From: an uncultured Opitutales bacterium
Lineage (GTDB): Bacteria > Verrucomicrobiota > Verrucomicrobiia > Opitutales > Intestinicryptomonadaceae
Reading direction: 5' to 3'
Assembly: GCA_934660865.1 (NCBI GenBank)
Contig: CAKUIA010000011.1
Coordinates: 30,001-62,000 of the forward strand
Length of the DNA: 32,000 nt
Shown in pieces: positions 15,068 to 21,689 of the stretch. The notes below the pieces were generated by a model that saw only the letters and a program-made list of their open reading frames with translations, did no database searches and was not told where the DNA came from. The position numbers and the translations under genes were made by a program. Position 1 is the stretch's first letter, and the number at the start of each line of letters is the position of its first letter.

Positions 15068-15816
15068 AAAAGAATTCACAACAAACACAATTAACCCCGC
15101 TTGAAACGGCCTTGCAAAGGCAGTTCAGCGCAAATGCAGACAACTACGAAACCTTAATTAAAAAGGCCTACGATTGCACGGCAAAGTTGCAAAGTGCCAA
15201 TATTGCGGCAATGGTTGGCTTTGGCCTATTAGCCTTGTCTATTAGACCGCAAATTGGGTACGGCAAGTTTGGAGAGTGGCTTTCTAAAACTTTAGGCGGA
15301 GCACTTTCTAAATCTACGGCATATTCGTGGATAAAAGCTGCAGAATGGCTTATTTACAAAATAAGCGTAGCCGACAAACAAACCGACATAATCTCCACAC
15401 GCATTTGCGATTTTATAAAGATGGCGGGAATAAAAAATGGTGCCGAAGAAATTTTCGGCGACAAAAAACTTTCATCGGAGTTTGTTGCTTATGTTTCCTC
15501 GGGATTGCCGTTTAAAACCTTTTTAAATATCTTAAAAACGGCCAATGCCGCCGCTTTAGAAGCCGAAGATGAGGAAAACAACCCCGAAAAGCATCTAAGC
15601 AAGAAAGACCTAAAAGCATTGTCGGGCAATAACAGCGAACGCCAAATAAATTTTTTCGACGATCTTTTCGATGACGTTAGAGCAGTAACCGAAATCAAGC
15701 GTCAAAATGATCCTGGTTTTTTGAACCTCACAAAAGATGAACTTACAGAATACGGCAACTATCTTGTAAACGAAGGCAAGACCGTTCTACAACTTGCCGC
15801 AAACAAAAAGGACTAG
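15064..15816 (+). CDS. DUF3102-like phage protein
   Basis: 250 aa. ATGA overlap with the upstream gene. GYGKFGEWLSKTLG...STAYSWIKAAEWL resembles the DUF3102 core. Confidence 0.5.
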   Translation: MKKNSQQTQLTPLETALQRQFSANADNYETLIKKAYDCTAKLQSANIAAMVGFGLLALSIRPQIGYGKFGEWLSKTLGGALSKSTAYSWIKAAEWLIYKISVADKQTDIISTRICDFIKMAGIKNGAEEIFGDKKLSSEFVAYVSSGLPFKTFLNILKTANAAALEAEDEENNPEKHLSKKDLKALSGNNSERQINFFDDLFDDVRAVTEIKRQNDPGFLNLTKDELTEYGNYLVNEGKTVLQLAANKKD

Positions 15817-15819
15817 TAT

Positions 15820-17895
15820 ATGGATACGTCGCTTTCTTCGGCACAAAGCTTTCTACCAAAGCCATTCGGCATTGCAAACCACGAACAACTTGCATTCGTG
15901 CGGCTTGGTCGCCGTGAACAGGTTCGCATTATAGACCTGCTTGCGGCATTCAAGACGATAGCAACCTTCAATGGCAAAAAGGGAGAAGCTTTTGCGTCGG
16001 TTGCGGCGTGCAACGGCGGAAGATTGGGCTTTTCACAAAAAAGTCTAGAACGCCTTTATTATAAATACATAAAAAGTCATTACGATTGGACTGTACTTGC
16101 ACATAATTGGCGCGGTAACAAACCTGGACAACCAAAAGAATTTTTGGATTTTCTAGGCAAACTCGTTTGCGAATGCAACGGTAGAACTGACGTTATAGGC
16201 GGTGTTTGTGATAGGCTATTTAACGAATTTTGGGCAGCTGGAAAAGACGTTCCTGGTTATGGTACATTTAAAGCGTTTTGGGATAAAACAAATCCAGACA
16301 AACCGTATCCATCACGCATACGCCCAAGACAACCGTTTGTGCCACAAGGGTGGTCGCGCGGAAATATAAGCAAGCTTATTTGTAAAATTGCGCCAAAAAA
16401 CGGAGCTTTGCGCCTTAGGGCTGCACACGGTGAACTTAGGGCACATAATGCCGAAGCCCAAGTGCGCAGAGATATGTCAAAGCTAAAACCCATGCAACTA
16501 GTTACAATGGACGACGTTGAGCTTGACATTCAAGTTATGTTTAAAATCGGGCCTCACATGCGAATGCGTACAGCACAAGCCATCGTTGCGATGGACGTTG
16601 CCACAAGAATGATTATCGGTTGGGGTGTACGTCCGATTTTGACCAAAGACGACAAACCGTATATGTCCGAAACAGACACCAAAGTATTAAGTCGCAAAGA
16701 GGTTAATACGGTTTTACTCAATACTATCTTAATGCACGGATTGCCCGCAAATTATCCAATGCGTCTATTGTTGGAAAATAATTCCGCACGTTTAAATCGA
16801 ACCGACGAAAATATGCTTTTTGCAATGTTGCCTGGACGTTTTGTTATAGAAAACACCCGAATGGCCGACCGTGAATACCTAAATAGTGGTTTTAAAGATT
16901 CTCACGGGTTCCCTTTTCAAAAAGGCTGGTTGGAAAGCGGTTTTAAACCAATGCACATAAAACTATGCCACTTACCTGGGGCGACCGCACCTAGGTTCGA
17001 CGATAGGCACAGCGTACACGAGGCCGTTACCGAATATTGCGAAAAACTCGAAAGACTAGCTGTTACGAAGAATATTGATCCTACAAAACTAAAATACCCC
17101 GTTCTTACAGAAAACGAATTTTTCGTTGTTTTCGAAAGGCTTGTTGCAATGTTCAACAATCGAACAAACCATAAGCTGCAAGGTTTTGATACTGTTTACG
17201 AATGCTTACTTCCGAACGGCGAATATTGCCGTCGGGAAGATTTGCCCAATAACCTTTCGGCTGAAGAATTGTCGAAACTTTCATTTGAGTGCCGTCCCGA
17301 AAGTCCATTTGAACGTTGGACAAGACTTCGTTCACAAAACGAATTTACAAAAGTTCCGACTGCCGCTTTATATCCCTGCCTATGCGATAAACGTACAGTG
17401 AAAATCCGCAACGGCGAAATCAAAATGGAAATTGCCGCATTTAGTCGGGAACCGCTTTATTTTCGCTCTCAAAATCTTCGTCAATTCGAGGGTAAAGAAT
17501 TCATCGCTGCATTTACCCCAGACCATAAAACGGCTTGGTTGTTCGGCAAAGATGAAGGCTTCATTTGCGAGGTTCCAAGAATCGACTATGTAGACATAAC
17601 AAATCAAAACGAAATCATACGTCAAAGCGGAATAGTCTTTAGAGACAGACAAATAGAAAATGAAAAACTGGCTCAATTTCATTCTGATAGGGATAACCTC
17701 TATAAGGAAATCCGCGTTCACAACCAAAATATTTTAAACGGCAATATAGCGGTGGGCACCGCAATGAAACTCGAGAAAGAAAACGCTGCCATTGACACGA
17801 CAAAGAAAAAAAAGGCACAAGCAAAGGCAAATTCAGCCCGCAGAGCCGCCATAGCCGCAGCCGCAAGAGCCGTCGATAACTCCGAAGAATTTTAA
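15820..17895 (+). CDS. Mu-type DDE transposase (MuA-like)
   Basis: 691 aa. Several segments run parallel to the MuA sequence as I recall it: AMDVATRMIIGWGV (MuA WQDVKTRKILGW), HGLPANYPMRLLLENNSA (MuA YGIPEDFHITIDNTRGA), VAMFNNRTNH (MuA VAMFNARTGR) and EGFICEVP (MuA GRFICEAE). Confidence 0.9.
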   Translation: MDTSLSSAQSFLPKPFGIANHEQLAFVRLGRREQVRIIDLLAAFKTIATFNGKKGEAFASVAACNGGRLGFSQKSLERLYYKYIKSHYDWTVLAHNWRGNKPGQPKEFLDFLGKLVCECNGRTDVIGGVCDRLFNEFWAAGKDVPGYGTFKAFWDKTNPDKPYPSRIRPRQPFVPQGWSRGNISKLICKIAPKNGALRLRAAHGELRAHNAEAQVRRDMSKLKPMQLVTMDDVELDIQVMFKIGPHMRMRTAQAIVAMDVATRMIIGWGVRPILTKDDKPYMSETDTKVLSRKEVNTVLLNTILMHGLPANYPMRLLLENNSARLNRTDENMLFAMLPGRFVIENTRMADREYLNSGFKDSHGFPFQKGWLESGFKPMHIKLCHLPGATAPRFDDRHSVHEAVTEYCEKLERLAVTKNIDPTKLKYPVLTENEFFVVFERLVAMFNNRTNHKLQGFDTVYECLLPNGEYCRREDLPNNLSAEELSKLSFECRPESPFERWTRLRSQNEFTKVPTAALYPCLCDKRTVKIRNGEIKMEIAAFSREPLYFRSQNLRQFEGKEFIAAFTPDHKTAWLFGKDEGFICEVPRIDYVDITNQNEIIRQSGIVFRDRQIENEKLAQFHSDRDNLYKEIRVHNQNILNGNIAVGTAMKLEKENAAIDTTKKKKAQAKANSARRAAIAAAARAVDNSEEF

Positions 17896-17915
17896 CCAAT
17901 ACCAAACAACAGAAT

Positions 17916-19019
17916 ATGAAAAACATAGAAGAAATCAAAAACGCCATAAAAGACTATCCTGCCGAGGCACAAGGCTATGTACTAACGCTTGCCGAGTTTT
18001 GCAATACACATTGCGACGGCTCCGAACAGCGCATTGCCGCACAATTCAACGGCAAGTTTCACTACTCTAAAGACTGGTTTTACCAGCTCTTTTCTGGACG
18101 CCGCTACAATAAAAAGCTTGGCAAGTTTCAAGTTGACATGGAAAAGCTTGCCGAAATCGCCAGCGATGCAAAAAGCATAACCGAAGGAGGCACGATAGGC
18201 GACGCAATTCCGCATGTTGAAACGGAAACAGTCCGCGAAATCAGAGACGCAATAGACTCCATACGCCCAGAAACAAACGTATGCAAATGGCTTATGGTAT
18301 GCGGCACTACGGGAGCACAAAAAACCTACGCCGCGCGTTTTTATGCGTTAACGCACCCCGACGTTTACTATCTCGAAAGTCCGACGGTACCGAGCATTTG
18401 CGAATTGTCTATGATTATAGGCGAGGTTATTCCGACCTGCAGGGCTGATTACTCGGGCGCGAGACTCCGCCGCGAAATCATCAAAAACGTAAAACCCCGC
18501 AACTGCTTTATCTTCGACAATGCACAGCGTATGTACGATCCGAAGAAAAAGCTAAATCAACCGCTCTTTGGCTTTTTACAGGCTTTGCAAGACGCAACAA
18601 AGTGCTCGATTGTACTGATTTTTGTGGACGAAGCGACTGGTGAAAACTCCCTGCGCCGCGTAGTATTCGGTAAAGACGCGGGCTACTTCGAACAACTTGT
18701 AGGCCGTGCGGGTGGCGAAGAGTCGATTTTGTTTTTGCCCGATAGGCCTAGTGACTCCGATTTAAACGCATTTGCAAAGGCAACGGGCTTTCGTGACGTA
18801 GCACAACGCAAGGCAATGTTGCCTATAATGCGCAAGTTGGCATCGCAAAAAGGTAGGCTAAGGGTTGTTTTAAACGCGCTTCAACAGGCGGCACGCCTTG
18901 CGATAGCGGCTAAGCGAGAAATTACCACCGACGATTTTTTCAACGTAATTCCCGAAAATGACATAGCCATTTTAAAAACCATAGATAGCGTCAGAAAGGC
19001 TCTTCCATGCAACGCATAA
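17916..19019 (+). CDS. MuB-like AAA+ transposition target-capture protein
   Basis: 367 aa, immediately downstream of the transposase. P-loop-like GTTGAQKT (18303-18326) and Walker-B-like CFIFDNAQ (D201-N202 at 18516-18521). Confidence 0.75.
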   Translation: MKNIEEIKNAIKDYPAEAQGYVLTLAEFCNTHCDGSEQRIAAQFNGKFHYSKDWFYQLFSGRRYNKKLGKFQVDMEKLAEIASDAKSITEGGTIGDAIPHVETETVREIRDAIDSIRPETNVCKWLMVCGTTGAQKTYAARFYALTHPDVYYLESPTVPSICELSMIIGEVIPTCRADYSGARLRREIIKNVKPRNCFIFDNAQRMYDPKKKLNQPLFGFLQALQDATKCSIVLIFVDEATGENSLRRVVFGKDAGYFEQLVGRAGGEESILFLPDRPSDSDLNAFAKATGFRDVAQRKAMLPIMRKLASQKGRLRVVLNALQQAARLAIAAKREITTDDFFNVIPENDIAILKTIDSVRKALPCNA

Positions 19020-19237
19020 AAAAGTTTTTCGCCGAAATCTTCGGTAAGCGGCAGACAAAGAAGCCAGAAATTTCGAAAATCCGTATTTTTGAAGCCGAAC
19101 CAGGCCGTTGGAAGTTTCAGACAATCGACGGCGCAATAACATTCGGCAATTTCGACAGCTACCAAAGGGCACGATATTTTGCCAGAGAATACAACTTCTG
19201 GGAGGTTATAGATGACGGAACGGCAAGCAATCGATAA
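19007..19237 (+). CDS. hypothetical early protein
   Basis: 76 aa. AGAAAGG upstream of the ATG. Overlaps the MuB-like stop by 13 nt. Confidence 0.5.
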   Translation: MQRIKKFFAEIFGKRQTKKPEISKIRIFEAEPGRWKFQTIDGAITFGNFDSYQRARYFAREYNFWEVIDDGTASNR

Positions 19238-19421
19238 GGCGATGAGTATCTGCAAAGACAAGTTGGGTTACGTTAGCCGAAACGAGTTTTTACTTGCTAT
19301 GTCCGACACTTCAATCGCCTTGCTAATCGCCGCAAAAATACAACTTAACCGTGGCTTAAAGCCAGTAAAAAAGCCAAAAGCCACGTTAGGTAGACAAACT
19401 CAATTCAATTTTTCACGTTAA
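19212..19421 (+). CDS. hypothetical early protein
   Basis: 69 aa. Strong GGAGG Shine-Dalgarno 6 nt upstream of the ATG. Confidence 0.6.
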   Translation: MTERQAIDKAMSICKDKLGYVSRNEFLLAMSDTSIALLIAAKIQLNRGLKPVKKPKATLGRQTQFNFSR

Positions 19422-19451
19422 AAATCATTCACCAGAAAGATAAATAAAAAA

Positions 19452-19967
19452 ATGGCACGCACAAACATATCCCTTACACAATATAAAACACGCGACGAAT
19501 TTGAAGGCGCAATCGACGAAATAGCCCGCTTACAGGTTAAAATCAAAAAACTTGAGGCAGAAAGAGACACAGAAAGTCAAAAAGTTTTAGATAGGTTTAA
19601 CCCCGAAATCTTGGAGCTTACCGACAAAGTTACGGCTTTGCAAAACTCGGCAATGCCGTTTGCAATGCAAAACGCTGAAAGGCTTTTCGGCAAAGGCAGG
19701 TCGGCAAGTTGCTCTTTGGCAATTTACGGGTTTCGCAAAGGGGCAAAGAAAATCGTCAACATAACAGGACAAGCCGATAATATCGTAGCAAAAGAGCTGT
19801 ACGACGCCGAACGCTTCGCCTGTGTGGAAGTTGCCTACAAACTGAATCGCAAGGAAATCCAGAAAGCCTTGAAGAATAACGACGCCTTTGTTTGCGCCCG
19901 CTTTGGAGAGCAGATTGAAGAACGTTTCTATGTGGACGCTAAAACCGATAAAGATATAGGAGAATAA
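19452..19967 (+). CDS. gam: Gam-like host-nuclease inhibitor (Mu Gam family)
   Basis: 171 aa. An N-terminal coiled-coil (RDEFEGAIDEIARLQVKIKKLEAERDTESQKVLDRF...) is followed by a beta region (LAIYGFRKG), parallel to Mu Gam. Confidence 0.8.
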   Translation: MARTNISLTQYKTRDEFEGAIDEIARLQVKIKKLEAERDTESQKVLDRFNPEILELTDKVTALQNSAMPFAMQNAERLFGKGRSASCSLAIYGFRKGAKKIVNITGQADNIVAKELYDAERFACVEVAYKLNRKEIQKALKNNDAFVCARFGEQIEERFYVDAKTDKDIGE

Positions 19968-19971
19968 ACAA

Positions 19972-20556
19972 ATGCCAGCAATTCTTGAAAAGTCAGCAAA
20001 AGTACTCCGCAGAAAGCTTGCAAATCGCAAATGGACAGCTCAACTGCAAAAGTACCAACTCCAGTGGACGGCGATTTACAATAAGCACGGTTGGGCGAAC
20101 CGCTCAGCCGCCGAAAAGCGAGAGCTGCGACATTCAATTCTTGCCGATATTTTCGGTGATAAGAATTTCAACGTATCTTTAGCCACAAACCGCGAATTCG
20201 ACCTTATCTTTCTGGCACAGGATTTTTTATTAGACAACGGCATTTTGGCTTGGTCTAAAGAAACAGCAAAGACAGCCATCGAATTGGGCATGCGTAGAAA
20301 ATATATCTGGAACATCGAACATGCTGGCTACGATTTAAAAGAGGTTTGCGAATTTGGTGCCCCCGAAGAGTATATAACGGCGATTTCGGTCGATAAGTTC
20401 GGGGTTGCTAACTGGCGCGCTTTAAACTCAAAACAGCTTTGGCAGCTTTTCATAACTATAAAAAACCGCGTACGCAATGCCGCTGAATTGGGCAATTCAC
20501 TTTACCCGACAGCTTCTAAACCCGTCGAAGCCGAAGACGATAATCTCCCGTTTTAG
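19972..20556 (+). CDS. GemA / gp16-like (DUF1018-like) protein
   Basis: 194 aa. GGAGA Shine-Dalgarno. Sits after gam, as gemA does in Mu. The sequence resemblance (NSKQLWQLFITIKNRVR type segment) is loose. Confidence 0.45.
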   Translation: MPAILEKSAKVLRRKLANRKWTAQLQKYQLQWTAIYNKHGWANRSAAEKRELRHSILADIFGDKNFNVSLATNREFDLIFLAQDFLLDNGILAWSKETAKTAIELGMRRKYIWNIEHAGYDLKEVCEFGAPEEYITAISVDKFGVANWRALNSKQLWQLFITIKNRVRNAAELGNSLYPTASKPVEAEDDNLPF

Positions 20557-20571
20557 AAAGGCTTTTATATT

Positions 20572-20937
20572 ATGCCCACAATCCACGACATTCTAAGAAC
20601 CCGTTTGCTCCACCAAGCGGGTATTTTTGACTCCGTAGAACCTGCACCATGCCTTGAGGAAATCGCCAAAATCCAGTCTTGCCCAGAATTTGAGGAATAT
20701 CGCAAAAACCGCATGATTATGGGCTATTTCCGTTACGGCTCGCTTACCAGCCAAATCGGCAAGGCCAAGTACGACAATATAGGCTCCATAAACAGGCGTC
20801 TTGCACTATATAATAAAGACCACAATAGAGAGCACCTTGTAGACATTGCAAATTTGGCCATGATAGAGTTTGCCACACACCCAAATTATCCGTTCATATC
20901 TGTCGACGATGGAGAGCATGCCGTCATTCGAAAATAA
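20572..20937 (+). CDS. hypothetical protein; tentative all-alpha NTP-pyrophosphohydrolase (MazG/dGTP-diphosphohydrolase-N)-like motif
   Basis: 121 aa, the last gene of the early arm. RMIMGYFRYG...YDNIGSINRRLALYNKDHNREHLVDIANLAMIEF resembles the R..G..KYG ... RHL..Y......HL...A.N pattern of that family. The function call is weak. Confidence 0.6.
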   Translation: MPTIHDILRTRLLHQAGIFDSVEPAPCLEEIAKIQSCPEFEEYRKNRMIMGYFRYGSLTSQIGKAKYDNIGSINRRLALYNKDHNREHLVDIANLAMIEFATHPNYPFISVDDGEHAVIRK

Positions 20938-20965
20938 TTTGCAATGCCTTTGCAAACATAAAACA

Positions 20966-21000
20966 AGGCTCTTGCAACACATTTGCAGGAGCCTCTTTTT
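20966..21000 (+). terminator. rho-independent terminator ending the early arm
   Basis: 12-bp stem AGGCTCTTGCAA / TTGCAGGAGCCT with one G-U pair and a 5-nt loop, followed by CTTTTTAT. A second 7-bp hairpin (20938-20956) precedes it. Confidence 0.8.
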
Positions 21001-21068
21001 ATATTCTAAAACCACCTCGGCGGCCGAAAATTTTTCAAAAGGCCTCTTATGCGATATATGATTAGTTT

Positions 21069-21217
21069 TTCCCTCAAACGCTCGATTTTCTATTATAAAA
21101 GCAGGCATCTTTTTAAAATTTCCCCTCAAAACACGCTTGGAACAAAAAAATCTTATTTCCCCTTGTATTTTAAAGGCATTTAAAGCTTTTTTTAACTTTT
21201 TAAGCTTTCCTCAAACC
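21069..21217 (+). repeat. array of same-orientation repeats TTTCC(C)CTCAAA(A)C; candidate transposase end-binding sites
   Basis: Copies at 21069-21082 (TTCCCTCAAACGCT), 21119-21137 (TTTCCCCTCAAAACACGCT) and 21206-21217 (TTTCCTCAAACC), plus a partial copy at 21156-21165 (TTTCCCCTTG). Confidence 0.45.
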
Positions 21218-21278
21218 TTTTGAATAAAATCATTAAAGATTTCCGCAAATTTCCGATTGGAAGACAAAAGGGTTTTAT

Positions 21279-21605
21279 ATGGAAAACAAATTGGAAGAAT
21301 CGGAAGTTTTGGATTTTAAAAACTCGGTCGAATACGAGTTCGACAGCATTGTAAGCCGCCGCGTATTGGACAAAAACTCGGGAACGATAACGCTGTTTTC
21401 GTTCGACAAAGGGCAAAGGCTAAGCCCGCACAGCGCGCCATTCGACGCGCTTTTGCAGGTTTTAGACGGGCGCGCCGAAATTGTGATAGGCAAAAAACCG
21501 CTTTCGCTAAAAAGCGGCGAATCGGTTATTATGCCGGCAAACATAACGCATTCGGTATATGCGGTAGAGCCGTTTAAAATGCAGCTTACAATGCTTAGAA
21601 ACTGA
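21279..21605 (+). CDS. cupin-domain protein
   Basis: 108 aa. SPHSAPFDALLQVLDGRAEIVIGKKPLSLKSGESVIMPANITHSV is a typical cupin_2 two-motif core. Confidence 0.85.
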   Translation: MENKLEESEVLDFKNSVEYEFDSIVSRRVLDKNSGTITLFSFDKGQRLSPHSAPFDALLQVLDGRAEIVIGKKPLSLKSGESVIMPANITHSVYAVEPFKMQLTMLRN

Positions 21606-21613
21606 AATTTATA

Positions 21614-21639
21614 CGCGGCAAAATAGCCGCGTTTTTTTT
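21614..21639 (+). terminator. rho-independent terminator
   Basis: CGCGGC-AAAATA-GCCGCG followed by T8. Confidence 0.85.
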
Positions 21640-21689
21640 GAATATTTTTGTTGAGGGCAAAATTTTGCGGCTTATCGTATTTGCCTTGT

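Larger units (their letters stand above)
1..21230. mobile_element. Mu-family transposable prophage, partial. Late arm on minus strand 1-13064, immunity centre 13065-14260, early transposition arm on plus strand 14261-20937. Left boundary off-window; right boundary somewhere in 21001-21278
   Basis: The window contains a MuA-like DDE transposase, MuB-like AAA+ protein, Gam, GemA-like protein, c/Ner-like HTH pair, DUF3486-type small terminase, Mu gp28-type large terminase, DUF935-type portal, gpI-type protease-scaffold, and MuF-like and gpG-like proteins. No tyrosine or serine integrase is seen. Housekeeping genes begin at 21279. Confidence 0.85.

Noticed and set aside
21251-21262. TTCCGATTGGAA near the host cupin gene resembling the TTCCAATCGTTGGAA core of the 37-bp repeats
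   Set aside because: Spacing and arm sequences differ (TTCC-N4-GGAA versus TTCCAA-N3-TTGGAA), and only 8 conserved positions are shared. This is probably coincidence or the cupin gene's own regulatory site.
20938-21278. Search for a tRNA/tmRNA gene or integrase-type att core at the prophage-host junction
   Set aside because: I could see no cloverleaf-compatible sequence, and the element encodes a DDE transposase rather than an integrase. Site-specific integration into a tRNA gene is therefore not expected.
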